From: a virus
Taxonomy: Duplodnaviria; Caudoviricetes
Virus record (IMG/VR): IMGVR_UViG_3300014208_000073
Span: 1-40,765 of that record
DNA length: 40,765 nt
Strand: one strand, 5' to 3'
Below the pieces are notes generated by a model. That model was given only the letters and a program-made list of their open reading frames with translations. It made no database searches and was not told the DNA's origin. Position numbers and translations under genes: made by a program. Numbering within the stretch: the first letter of the stretch is position 1; each line of letters starts with the position of its first letter. This document shows, piece after piece, positions 28,150 to 37,661 of the stretch.

Positions 28150-30132
28150 ATGGCATTTATAACAGTTGCGGGTGAAAACCAGATAGCGGCCAAGCAAGGC
28201 GCGGCGCAAATACTGAACATCACCCACTTTGTGCTGGCCAATATCGGCGGGCTGGGGGCTGAGCCTGTAAACCGCATTGAAGCAATGCCGGCAGCTGGAA
28301 ACATCATGGCCACCTTGCCGGTCACTAAGTCCGGTTATGTCAACGGCAACCAGGTGGTTTACTCGCTGGTAATGGACTCATCCTTGGGCGATTACGATTT
28401 TAACTGGGTCGGTTTGAAGGATGCCGACGGCGTGCTGATTGCATGTACTTACACGCCGCTGATCCAGAAACGCAAAACTACCGGAGCGGTGCCGGGCAAC
28501 AACCTGACGCGCAATTTCCTGCTTGCCTTTTCCGGCATTCAGGCAACCACGGCCATTGCAGTACCGGCAGCAACGTGGCAAATCGATTTTAATGCCCGGC
28601 TATGGGGCATTGACGAGCGAGAACGCCTGAGTAATTACGATATTTACGGGCATGAGGCATTTATCGGCAATGGCTGGAAAGTATCGCGGGTTGGCGCTAC
28701 CACGACTTACGATATTGCACCGGGTGTCGGCTATGTCGGCGGCATACGCATTGCCGACGCGCTTACCCAGCAAGTTACCGTTGCTGGGCCGCCAAAATCG
28801 ATTTGGGTAGATGTGTCGCTGCAAGGCGATATTTCCGACGTGTCCGCCATGGTTGACTTTATCATCGATGCCGTAGCGCATGCCGATTACACCGATGCCA
28901 ACGGATTCCGCCATTACGTCACCAAACTTGCCAATATTGCCGCCGATGGCAGCGTTACCGATATGCGGGTACTGCCTGAGTCAGTCGCCGACCATGAGGC
29001 TAAGCTGGACCCGCACCCGCAATACACCACGGAGGCAGAAGTGCTGGCGTTGATCTCCGGCGGCGCATCAGACTACATCGTCCGCTACACCACCACGGGT
29101 AATATAGCGCTGAATGGGCTCGGCACGCAGGCGGGCGGCGATTGGCCGGCGGCACTGTCGCCTGACGACCTTGTTTTGGTGCGAAACCAAACGACTGCCC
29201 CTGATGATGGCTGGTACAACGCTAAATCTGGCGCTTGGACGCGGGCGACATTCGCCGATGTTTCAGCGGAAATTAAATCAGGGTGTCTGACGCAGGTGCG
29301 TGAGGGAGCGACACTGGCCGATACTATCTGGATGCTAACCACGGACGGCGCAATCACACTCGGCACGACGGCGCTGGTGTTCGCTCGTAAGGATGCGCAA
29401 GTGCATGGGCAATGTGAGCTGATTCTCTCTGGCGACAATCTGGTATTGATGCCAAGAAATGGCAACAAAATTACTATCAATGGCGTAGCTCAAACAATTC
29501 CATCAGGCGGCGTGCCTCTGGCCGCTCCTGCAACCACGCTGACTAATTATTTTATCTACGCATTCATGAATGCCGGGGTTCCAGATCTCGAGTACGATGC
29601 AACCGGTCATTCGACTGACGCCTCTACGGGTGTCGAAATTAAAACCGGCGACGCGACACGAACGCTGGTTGGTTGGGCGCGTACAGTAGCGTCGGCGTGG
29701 GTTGATACGGCAAACCAAAGATTTGTGCGCAGTTGGTTTAATACTGTCCCGCTAAAAGGCAATCGATTGTTTCAAGCCGAACGCTACACGGCGTCACCCA
29801 CGCCGGCTGAAACCAGCCCGGCGGATCGTGTCGAAGTATTGTTGTGGGCCGGCGAGACAGTGATGACCGCTGGATCATCCCAAGTGGTGATATTATCATC
29901 GGCGACATCGATCACTGCCGGGTTATCGATATACGTTGACGGCGCGACATCTTTGACAACGAATAGCATCAATCCAGATACAATTAATCAGTCTGTCGCC
30001 TGCGTTGTGCCAAATGTCGAAGCTGTCGGGTTATCCGAGGACTATCACTATTTTAGTCCGTACATCGCGTGGTCTGGTGCGTCTATGGCTTATCACAGCC
30101 CAAACAACAGCGGCATTGCGATATGGAGTTAA
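28150..30132 (+). CDS. Tail fiber protein
   Basis: DUF3751-like N-terminus (VVYS...GDYDFNWVGL), H...DPHPQY motif, variable C-terminus. Confidence 0.9.
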   Translation: MAFITVAGENQIAAKQGAAQILNITHFVLANIGGLGAEPVNRIEAMPAAGNIMATLPVTKSGYVNGNQVVYSLVMDSSLGDYDFNWVGLKDADGVLIACTYTPLIQKRKTTGAVPGNNLTRNFLLAFSGIQATTAIAVPAATWQIDFNARLWGIDERERLSNYDIYGHEAFIGNGWKVSRVGATTTYDIAPGVGYVGGIRIADALTQQVTVAGPPKSIWVDVSLQGDISDVSAMVDFIIDAVAHADYTDANGFRHYVTKLANIAADGSVTDMRVLPESVADHEAKLDPHPQYTTEAEVLALISGGASDYIVRYTTTGNIALNGLGTQAGGDWPAALSPDDLVLVRNQTTAPDDGWYNAKSGAWTRATFADVSAEIKSGCLTQVREGATLADTIWMLTTDGAITLGTTALVFARKDAQVHGQCELILSGDNLVLMPRNGNKITINGVAQTIPSGGVPLAAPATTLTNYFIYAFMNAGVPDLEYDATGHSTDASTGVEIKTGDATRTLVGWARTVASAWVDTANQRFVRSWFNTVPLKGNRLFQAERYTASPTPAETSPADRVEVLLWAGETVMTAGSSQVVILSSATSITAGLSIYVDGATSLTTNSINPDTINQSVACVVPNVEAVGLSEDYHYFSPYIAWSGASMAYHSPNNSGIAIWS

Positions 30133-30134
30133 CT

Positions 30135-30668
30135 ATGAAAAAAATCGGATCAACATTTTTAACAGAGTGTGCCGCTGCGGGCGTCGGCCTTGAGGGCGTT
30201 AGCATGACTCGCTCTACTGGCGAGTTTCATTTTACTAATGTACCTCAGTCCAGACAGGATGCGGTGCTAGCTGTATTTGCCGTGCATGACCCCGTTATAT
30301 CTGATGCCAGGGAAAAAGCAATCATCAGAATTAAAGCCGATTTCAAAGCGCATATTGACGGCGGCATCGATGTTGCCTCACTTCACTACCCTACTACGCG
30401 CGACGATCAGGCCGATATTAACGGTCTACATGCAGGAGCAAAGGAGCTTGGCGCGGCTGGCGAGCCGTACAGGTTTATGTGCCGGGATGTGCAAGGTATC
30501 TGGGCTAGACGGGATCATACTGCGGCGCAAATTACTGACGCGGCACTGGCTGTGTTTGAGCATGTACGGACAACAAAAAATCGGCTGGATGAAAAAATAG
30601 CGGAGGTGGAGGCTGTTGCGGCCCTTCCAGCGCCGACTCAAGCCGATTTTGACGCTATCGTCTGGTAA
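30135..30668 (+). CDS. Tail fiber assembly-type protein (DUF4376-like)
   Basis: GGAG RBS before ATG at 30135; YPT..DDQ..I, HTAAQI, C-terminal AIVW. Confidence 0.7.
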   Translation: MKKIGSTFLTECAAAGVGLEGVSMTRSTGEFHFTNVPQSRQDAVLAVFAVHDPVISDAREKAIIRIKADFKAHIDGGIDVASLHYPTTRDDQADINGLHAGAKELGAAGEPYRFMCRDVQGIWARRDHTAAQITDAALAVFEHVRTTKNRLDEKIAEVEAVAALPAPTQADFDAIVW

Positions 30669-31387
30669 TGACCTGGACACCATTAACCATCACAGCACCT
30701 GCCGGCACTGCCGCCGAGATTGACAGCCAATCCGGCGGCAGTGTCCAAAAGCGCATTGTGCATCCGTGGCTGCACGGCGTCGGCGAGGGTTCCGGGCATT
30801 ACCGCTACCTGAGCTTTCCCAATGCCGCCCAAGCCCTGGCGCAGACCCTGACCACCGAGCAGGCAGCGCTGGGCATTGCCATTGCGGCGGCCAACCTGAC
30901 CGATTTTGCCAATGACATCGCCACATTAAATGCTGTGTTCCCGGTGCGCGAGTTTGCAGCGCTGGGCCGCAAGGCGGCGGCGCTGGTTAACCTGGAAACC
31001 GATAAATTCAATCTACCTGCGGCGCCAGGTGCGATCGCGCAGCAAGCGATGGATCTGTCCGGTCTGGGCGCTGTGGCCGATTTGCGAAAAGCGGCGCTGC
31101 TGCAACAGGCTCAGACGGAGGCGACGGCATTCGAGCAATCCGGGCCGCTGGCCAATCTGGATGCCTACCAAACGCAAAAGACTGCTGCAGCTGCGGATGT
31201 TGCGGCGGCGCTGGCGTCGGCAAAGGCCAAGCTGTCCGGCGGCGCCGGCTGGCGCTTTTATGCCGAGAGCGACATTGCTAATGCGCTGATGCAAAACACG
31301 CCGGACCACAAATATACGCTGACGGCGATTATGCTGTTTACCGGTGCGCCTGGTGAGCTGTCCTTGCTTAAAGAGATAATCGCGTGA
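30668..31387 (+). CDS. Conserved HP1-type tail-region protein
   Basis: VHPW..GVG...YLS.PNA motif; position. Confidence 0.7.
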   Translation: MTWTPLTITAPAGTAAEIDSQSGGSVQKRIVHPWLHGVGEGSGHYRYLSFPNAAQALAQTLTTEQAALGIAIAAANLTDFANDIATLNAVFPVREFAALGRKAAALVNLETDKFNLPAAPGAIAQQAMDLSGLGAVADLRKAALLQQAQTEATAFEQSGPLANLDAYQTQKTAAAADVAAALASAKAKLSGGAGWRFYAESDIANALMQNTPDHKYTLTAIMLFTGAPGELSLLKEIIA

Positions 31388-31935
31388 GCATTCATCTAAA
31401 CAACACCAAGATCCCTGGTCATAGCCAAAAGGTTTCAATCGATTTAAAGTTCGCCAGCGAGGATATGTCCGGCAACAGCAGTTCTACCGCCAAAGCGCAC
31501 AAGGGCGACAAAGGCAAAACTATCAAGGTGCAGACCTCGATCAAGTTTATCGATGCTGACGATTTAAGCCTTCTGATCAATCTGGCCGAGGCTAAGGACG
31601 CATCCGGTGAACAGGTGATTTACCACATCGTTAACCACACCGCCAACGCCATGAATATGCGCCAGGGTTTTTTCGACGAAACGCTGTCGGTCAAGGAAAA
31701 CGACTCAACCGAGGGCTGGAGCATCAGTTTTACGCTGTCCGAACATCATTCGGTGCCGGAAAAGAAAGAGGCCAGGAAAGCGGAAAAGAAAGTCGCTGAA
31801 CAGGTGCCGAAAGGCACCGCGGTAAACGGGCAAGCGCCCGGGGCGACGGCCCCGGCGGCGGTGACCGATCAGGCGGTCGAGCTGACGCCGTTTGAGCAAA
31901 AGCTGAAAGGCCTGGACACGTTGTTGGGCGGCTGA
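31384..31935 (+). CDS. HP1-type baseplate complex protein
   Basis: DMSG.SSST..A.KG.K, W.ISFTL.E..SVPEK. Confidence 0.75.
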   Translation: MSIHLNNTKIPGHSQKVSIDLKFASEDMSGNSSSTAKAHKGDKGKTIKVQTSIKFIDADDLSLLINLAEAKDASGEQVIYHIVNHTANAMNMRQGFFDETLSVKENDSTEGWSISFTLSEHHSVPEKKEARKAEKKVAEQVPKGTAVNGQAPGATAPAAVTDQAVELTPFEQKLKGLDTLLGG

Positions 31936-32630
31936 TGAAACTGGACCGGCAACTCAACATCAATAACACCACTTACCACGTCATCGAGAACAGGGTGCTG
32001 CTGGATCTCGACTCGCCCGGTCGGGCTCAGTTTTTGATCGATGCCAGCGACAAGCCGGTTACAGCCAAGCAGGTGGTTTCGTTTACGCTGGGTTACGCCA
32101 AGCACGACACCATGCAGCGGCTGTTTTTGGGCTTTGTCGAGTCGGTCAATACAGTGGACAAGCGGCAGAAGCTGTTTTGCCGGGAGCTGTCGGCGGCGCT
32201 GTTCGCGCCGCTACGGCTGGATTTACGCCACGTAACCATGCACGAGGTCATCACCGAGATCAACATTAAAACAGGACTGACCTTTGCAGTCGGCGACGGT
32301 GCTTACAGCAGCAAAAAGGTGGCGAATTTTTATAACCTGGGCAACGGCTATCAGGCCATGCAGTCCATGGCCCGGGTGTTCGGTATTACCGATTACATTT
32401 GGCAGCAGCAGGGCCACGGAGTGATTTACGCCGGCAGCTGGCGGGATTCGCGCTATGCGGACAAGCCTATCCCGGTTGATTCTACGCTGTTTACCGAGCA
32501 CCTATCCAACAACAGCGCCAAGCTGGTGGCGATACCGGCTCTACGACCTGGCGTGATGATGAACGGCAATATTGTGACGAAAGTGGATTTTAGCGGCAAC
32601 CAAATGGTGGTGACATGGAAAAAGCCATAA
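31935..32630 (+). CDS. Baseplate hub-like protein
   Basis: PGRA.F, LFCREL, WQQQG.G.IY.GSW. Confidence 0.75.
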   Translation: MKLDRQLNINNTTYHVIENRVLLDLDSPGRAQFLIDASDKPVTAKQVVSFTLGYAKHDTMQRLFLGFVESVNTVDKRQKLFCRELSAALFAPLRLDLRHVTMHEVITEINIKTGLTFAVGDGAYSSKKVANFYNLGNGYQAMQSMARVFGITDYIWQQQGHGVIYAGSWRDSRYADKPIPVDSTLFTEHLSNNSAKLVAIPALRPGVMMNGNIVTKVDFSGNQMVVTWKKP

Positions 32631-33505
32631 AACGCATGATTCAATCATCCTTTCCGGAACTGGCCGGCGGCTATCACCTGCCCCGTTTTGCCGAGGTGGT
32701 CGCCGCACGCGAAAACCCAAAAGGCGGCGAGGTGTGCGACGAGTTCCGGCCGGTTTATGCCGTGGACGCGCAGGTGCTGGATGAATACGGCGAACCGGAT
32801 GCGGCTTTCCCTGTGTTAAAAGACCTGCATTTGCCGATGCCGGTTTCCGGGCATGAAATGGGCATGGCGGCGTTTCCGGAGAACGGAACTTGGGTGGAGA
32901 TCGGCTTTGCCTATGGTTCGCCCAATAGACCGTTTATCCGCTGCATATTGCCGCATGGCCGCAGCCAGTTTCCGGTCGAGCGCGGTGAAATGCGCCTGCA
33001 GCATTCCGCCGGCAGTTACCAGACCATCGACAAAAACGGCAACCATGCCCGGGTGACTGACGGCACGATGTCCGATACCAGCCTGAAAAAGACCAGTACC
33101 GCGACCGAGCGCAGCGCCAATTACGGCAAAAGCGATAAGACCGTGGACGCGGGCGACACCGAAACCATCGGCGGCATTAAAAAGATACTGGCCAGCATGG
33201 GCATGCAACTGACCAGCGGCCAACGCTTCGACCTGTCGGCGCTGGGCGATTTTAATATCGTCAGCAAGGTGAAGTTCAGGTCGATTGCGCCTAAAAGCTG
33301 GGTGGGGTCGAGCAATGAAAATGTGCTGAAACAATTATCCGAGCTGATGCAGCTGGTGATTAACCTGTGCGACATCCTGTCCAGCCATACCCATCCATCA
33401 GTCGGAGCTTGCAGCCAGGGGGCGCAGGTTTCGCAGGTTGGCACGGATACCGGTGCGGTCAAGACACGGCTGGACGGGATTACCGAAACAACGCCGCCGA
33501 CATAA
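32615..33505 (+). CDS. Baseplate spike-like protein
   Basis: FPELAGG.HLP, VEIGFAYG, C-terminal SHTH metal-binding tip motif. Confidence 0.75.
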   Translation: MEKAIKRMIQSSFPELAGGYHLPRFAEVVAARENPKGGEVCDEFRPVYAVDAQVLDEYGEPDAAFPVLKDLHLPMPVSGHEMGMAAFPENGTWVEIGFAYGSPNRPFIRCILPHGRSQFPVERGEMRLQHSAGSYQTIDKNGNHARVTDGTMSDTSLKKTSTATERSANYGKSDKTVDAGDTETIGGIKKILASMGMQLTSGQRFDLSALGDFNIVSKVKFRSIAPKSWVGSSNENVLKQLSELMQLVINLCDILSSHTHPSVGACSQGAQVSQVGTDTGAVKTRLDGITETTPPT

Positions 33506-33516
33506 AAACAGAACCA

Positions 33517-33560
33517 CGTCATTCCGGCATGGATTGCCGGAATCCAGTGGCCATGGATGG
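33517..33560 (+). repeat. CGTC-family REP-like palindrome
   Basis: CGTCATTCCGGCA-TGGAT-TGCCGGAATCCAG. Confidence 0.7.
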
Positions 33561-33581
33561 TATAACCAACAAGGGGCAATC

Positions 33582-33758
33582 ATGGACGAAATCCGCTGCG
33601 GAGCCTGCGGCAAAAAGCTGGGCGCCGGTATTTATCAAACTTTACAAATAAAATGCCCGCGCTGTAGCGTGCTTAATTTTTTGAGGGCCGAGAGCCCCAA
33701 ACCCGAACACCGCGAGTGTCATTGCAAGCGTGATACTCGTGAGAATCTACAAAAATAA
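33582..33758 (+). CDS. com: Mu Com-family zinc-finger translational regulator
   Basis: IRCG.C.KKL...IKCPRC...N signature; overlaps the MTase start. Confidence 0.85.
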   Translation: MDEIRCGACGKKLGAGIYQTLQIKCPRCSVLNFLRAESPKPEHRECHCKRDTRENLQK

Positions 33759-34662
33759 AAACCTAACCCTGCATAACACCGACTGCTTAACCCTGTTGGC
33801 GCAACTCCCCGACAACAGCATCGACCTGATCGCCACCGATCCGCCCTATTACAAAGTCAAAGGCGAAGCGTGGGACAACCAATGGCAAAGCAAAGCCGAC
33901 TTTTTCGCCTGGCTGGATAGCATTCTGGTTGAATATCACCGGGTTTTAAAACCGGCCGGATCGTTATACCTGTTTGCCGGTCCCCATCTGGCAACACAAG
34001 TGGATATTGCCGTCAGTCGGCGCTTTGATCTCCTGAATCACATCATCTGGCGCAAGCCAAGCGGCAGGCATAACGGTTGCAATAAGGAATCGCTACGCCG
34101 CTACTTTCCGCAGACCGAACACATCCTATTTGCCGAAAGCCGCAAAAAAATGCCGTTCGCCTTTGAACCGATCCGCGCTTACCTGGACGATGCCAGAACC
34201 GCCGCCGGCGTTTCAAGAAAGCAAATCGACCAGGCCTGCGGCTGCCAAATGTCCGGTCACTGGTTCGACCGATCACAATGGACATTCCCCAGCCAGGCTA
34301 ATTATCAAACGATGGATAAGTTGTTCGGAGGTACGTTGAAGCCTTACGACCAACTGAAAGCGGAATACAAAGCCATCAAACAACAGCGCCGCCATTTTGC
34401 AGTGACAAAGCACACTCCCTACACCAACGTCTGGGACTTTAAGCCGGCGCAATGGTATCCGGGTAAGCATCCCTGCGAAAAGCCGCTGGATCTGATGCGG
34501 CATATCATCGAGGCCAGTTCACGCCCGGGTGATGTGGTGCTGGATACCTTTGTCGGCAGCGGATCGACGCCGATTGCCTGCAGGGATCTGGGGCGGGGGT
34601 TTGTGGGGTGCGAGATGGGGGTTGATGAGTTTGATGGTGCGGTTGGGAGGTTAACAGCTTAA
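33730..34662 (+). CDS. Beta-class N6A/N4C DNA methyltransferase
   Basis: IDLIATDPPY before HPCEKP and DTFVGSG; GTG start at 33730 or 33739. Confidence 0.93.
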   Translation: MILVRIYKNKNLTLHNTDCLTLLAQLPDNSIDLIATDPPYYKVKGEAWDNQWQSKADFFAWLDSILVEYHRVLKPAGSLYLFAGPHLATQVDIAVSRRFDLLNHIIWRKPSGRHNGCNKESLRRYFPQTEHILFAESRKKMPFAFEPIRAYLDDARTAAGVSRKQIDQACGCQMSGHWFDRSQWTFPSQANYQTMDKLFGGTLKPYDQLKAEYKAIKQQRRHFAVTKHTPYTNVWDFKPAQWYPGKHPCEKPLDLMRHIIEASSRPGDVVLDTFVGSGSTPIACRDLGRGFVGCEMGVDEFDGAVGRLTA

Positions 34663-34699
34663 CTAAATGTGTTTATTGAAATAGACACCTAAACAGTGT

Positions 34700-35173
34700 C
34701 TATTTCTTGTTGTGCCACAAGGCATGGCGGGTATGTCGTACCGCTTGCGCAACCATCCAGCGCCAGCCAGGCAGCGACAAATCTAATTCTACTTTTGACA
34801 GCATACATTCCACCGTCCTGTCGCCATCTTGCAGTTCTATAATTAAGCGTTCGCGCTGTTTGTCAAACCACCAGTACGGTTTTCTATTCCCATGCCATCT
34901 TGCATCCACCCAGCGCCAGAATACAAACCTGTCTTCTGGGTATTCATAGCGCCACAACGAATCATTCAACATCGCTCGTTCCTTGCTCGGACGAGCTGCG
35001 CGGGACGGCATCGCAGGGTTAGCCGCCTTTGCATTTTGATCGGTTGATAGTTTTTCTGGTTCCCATGTCCATGACGCATTATCACCAGGAATGCGCGAAT
35101 GATGCTTATGCCTCCATGTCGCACCACAATGTGGGCACGCAAGTCCGATTTTAATCATATCAAATGTGTTCAT
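34700..35173 (-). CDS. Hypothetical protein (Trp-rich C-terminal half)
   Basis: ORF track; an internal start at 34972 with AAGGA RBS is possible. Confidence 0.5.
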   Translation of the reverse strand: MNTFDMIKIGLACPHCGATWRHKHHSRIPGDNASWTWEPEKLSTDQNAKAANPAMPSRAARPSKERAMLNDSLWRYEYPEDRFVFWRWVDARWHGNRKPYWWFDKQRERLIIELQDGDRTVECMLSKVELDLSLPGWRWMVAQAVRHTRHALWHNKK

Positions 35174-35393
35174 AACTTCTTTTGCTCGTTAGCTCTATCT
35201 GAAATCTAACATCACTGATGTCCTCGCACTCGTATACCCACCTTTGTTTAGCTGGCACAAAATGCTTTGAAACAACTATCTCATTGTCTCCGCCATGGAT
35301 AACCTGAATCAGTGTTCTTTTTCTTTTTAGTGTATCCAGCCATTTATCAGGTAAAACCATAAGGATCCTCCGCATAGGATGTAGGTCGATCAT
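35160..35393 (-). CDS. Hypothetical protein
   Basis: Co-oriented and closely spaced with neighbours. Confidence 0.5.
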   Translation of the reverse strand: MIDLHPMRRILMVLPDKWLDTLKRKRTLIQVIHGGDNEIVVSKHFVPAKQRWVYECEDISDVRFQIELTSKRSYEHI

Positions 35394-35419
35394 GTTGTTT
35401 ATAGCAGATATACCAAAAC

Positions 35420-35650
35420 TTATTTGCTGTTATCAAACTGACGCCAGTAAGGACGTTTGTTTACCACAACCTTTGTATTCGGTTGTCCTAGGCGGTCATA
35501 TACAGATTGAAAAGCTTTAGATAATTGCTCACAGGAAGCGCTCATTTTTCCGCATGCCTGATGCAGTTGGCGCACTGTCTCTTGGTCGATATTTAACCTG
35601 GCATTCTGTAGTTTTTCTGCTGCTTGTTGGATTTGCTGATTCCGATCCAT
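35420..35650 (-). CDS. Hypothetical protein
   Basis: Directly downstream of hicB; likely ATG at 35650. Confidence 0.5.
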   Translation of the reverse strand: MDRNQQIQQAAEKLQNARLNIDQETVRQLHQACGKMSASCEQLSKAFQSVYDRLGQPNTKVVVNKRPYWRQFDNSK

Positions 35651-35670
35651 AGTCTTACCCCATACTGGCA

Positions 35671-36084
35671 CTACGCCAGCGTTACATCAATATGCTTACC
35701 CAGCGCGTGCGCCGCAGCTTCCAATTGATCAAGCCTGGATGCGTGTCCCAGATCAAACAACCGATCGACCTGCGGCCCTTTCCAGCCCAAACGCCGTGCC
35801 AGTTCTGCCTTCCTGACACCCTGCAGCGTCATTTCCCGATAAACAGCCAGCTTTATGCCCTCCAGCGCGGAAGGCCTGACCGTGGGCAAATCAGGACAGT
35901 CTGACGGTTCTGGTAAAGGTTTTCTGGCGTCGACATAAAACGACAAAGCGGTTTCCAGTGCATCAACAGCCTGGGCCAATGCTTCTTCTTCGTTGTTGCC
36001 AAAGGTGATGGCTTCCGGCACGTCGGGAAACGTGACCAGTAGGGTGTCGCCATCCTGGGTTAAGACGACGGGATAATTAAACAT
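35671..36084 (-). CDS. hicB: HicB antitoxin
   Basis: YPV.L...LVTFPDVPEAITFG...EAL..A.DAL, C-terminal HTH. Confidence 0.93.
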   Translation of the reverse strand: MFNYPVVLTQDGDTLLVTFPDVPEAITFGNNEEEALAQAVDALETALSFYVDARKPLPEPSDCPDLPTVRPSALEGIKLAVYREMTLQGVRKAELARRLGWKGPQVDRLFDLGHASRLDQLEAAAHALGKHIDVTLA

Positions 36085-36093
36085 GATTGCTCC

Positions 36094-36273
36094 TTATTTC
36101 AAACCTAGTTGACGTTTAATGGCGGCTTCCAAGCCTTTACCGAGTTCGGCGGTTCCGTGCATGGGCAATGTAGACTGTTTTCCGTTTAAAAACACTTTCA
36201 AATGCGAACCTTTGCCTTCTTGAAAGGTTGCTCCTTGTTGTTCCAGCCATTTTTTCATTTGCTTTGAGTTCAT
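36094..36273 (-). CDS. hicA: HicA toxin (59 aa, not in ORF track)
   Basis: MNSKQMKKWLEQQGATFQEGKGSHLKVFLNGKQSTLPMHGTAELGKGLEAAIKRQLGLK; GSH motif. Confidence 0.93.
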   Translation of the reverse strand: MNSKQMKKWLEQQGATFQEGKGSHLKVFLNGKQSTLPMHGTAELGKGLEAAIKRQLGLK

Positions 36274-36282
36274 GGCTAAATA

Positions 36283-36330
36283 ATAACACTTCTGTTGTGT
36301 TTTTCAAGAAAAAGACAACAGATGTGTTAT
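36283..36330. promoter_or_regulatory. Inverted repeat upstream of hicA, putative HicB operator
   Basis: ATAACACTTCTGTTGT / ACAACAGATGTGTTAT, 15 of 16 bp complementary and extending inward. Confidence 0.65.
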
Positions 36331-36596
36331 GTTTTTATAAATGAAAGCCAATGTTCTTCACTAATAATCACTGGTTCAATGCCTCTTTCGCGAAGGTTTT
36401 TAATTGCGTTTTCGTATGTCCCATTAACCCCATGATCTATATTAACGACAATGTAATCAGTCTTACCATTTGGTATTGCCTGAATAATACCACCATGTTT
36501 TTCAACTTTTTCCTTACTCTCATCTATATTGCCAGAATTGAAATAACCGCCTAAAGCAAAGCGTTTATTTTCAAAAATAACATCAGGCGGCGGCAT
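36327..36596 (-). CDS. BRCT-domain protein, possibly 5'-truncated
   Basis: FENKRF.L.G.F...VEKHGG.I.....KTDYIVV...IISEEHW. Confidence 0.75.
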   Translation of the reverse strand: MPPPDVIFENKRFALGGYFNSGNIDESKEKVEKHGGIIQAIPNGKTDYIVVNIDHGVNGTYENAIKNLRERGIEPVIISEEHWLSFIKT

Positions 36597-36721
36597 GGTT
36601 AAACTTAGCCATGTTTTATTTGCTTCATCTAATTTATTTTTACGTTTAATTCCTACCTTCCAGCTATGGCCAGAACATCGAAATTAGTGTAATATTAAGC
36701 CCAAAAATAGGGACTATTTAT

Positions 36722-37582
36722 ATGGCACACACACCTTCACCACTTCGTTACCCAGGCGGTAAAACATCTATCTGGCCGCTGATTTCAAAGATAATTTCAG
36801 ACAATGAGTTATCACGTGGACATTACTGCGAGCCGTATGCTGGCGGTTGTGGCCTAGCATTGACGTTATTGTTTAAAGGATTCGTTCACGAGCTACACTT
36901 AAACGATATTGATCGCTCTATTTGGTGTTTTTGGGATGCAATCCTCAACAGGACAGAAGATTTTATTGAAAAAATAGTGACAACTGAGGTCACTATTAAT
37001 GAATGGTATAAACAACGCGAGATTCAGGCAAATAAAGATAATGCCCGAGATTTTGACCTTGCTTTCTCATCATTCTTCTTAAATAGAACAAACAGATCAG
37101 GAGTCATTCTGAAAGCGGGAGTTATTGGTGGATTCTCTCAAGATGGTAAATACAAACTCGACTGTAGATTTAACAAACAAGGGTTAATAGATCGAATACG
37201 CAGGATTGAAAAATATAAACACCGAATACACCTATACAACCTAGACGCCATTGAATTCATACACAAAACTAACGCTACTTTGACTGGAAACAATGTTTAT
37301 TGCATTGACCCGCCGTACTTTGTTAAAGGTTCAACACTATATACCAATTTCTACGAACCCAAAGACCATCAACAGATAGCTGACGTATTAAACAACTTAG
37401 ATTGCCCTTGGCTTCTTACTTATGATAACTCACCTTCGATACAGCACTTATATCAAGAAAGGAGGCAACATAGATTTAACTTGAATTATAGTGCTGCACA
37501 CAAACGAATTGGCACTGAATTATTGATTGTCAGCGATGATATTATATTTTCCAGCTCTCTTAATATCATGCCCGCAGCTTAG
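36722..37582 (+). CDS. Dam/D12-class N6-adenine DNA methyltransferase
   Basis: SPLRYPGGK, EPYAGG, LNDID, FLNRTNRSG, IDPPY; AT-rich. Confidence 0.93.
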   Translation: MAHTPSPLRYPGGKTSIWPLISKIISDNELSRGHYCEPYAGGCGLALTLLFKGFVHELHLNDIDRSIWCFWDAILNRTEDFIEKIVTTEVTINEWYKQREIQANKDNARDFDLAFSSFFLNRTNRSGVILKAGVIGGFSQDGKYKLDCRFNKQGLIDRIRRIEKYKHRIHLYNLDAIEFIHKTNATLTGNNVYCIDPPYFVKGSTLYTNFYEPKDHQQIADVLNNLDCPWLLTYDNSPSIQHLYQERRQHRFNLNYSAAHKRIGTELLIVSDDIIFSSSLNIMPAA

Positions 37583-37661
37583 TTAAAAATTTAATAACGC
37601 GAGAACAAAAAGGCAGTCATAAAGGAATGATGTATCTGAAAATCTAGAGCACTAAAGTTAA

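Noticed and set aside
28150-30668. Tail fiber diversification by invertase or DGR
   Set aside because: No serine invertase, reverse transcriptase, inverted second fiber tip or template repeat seen
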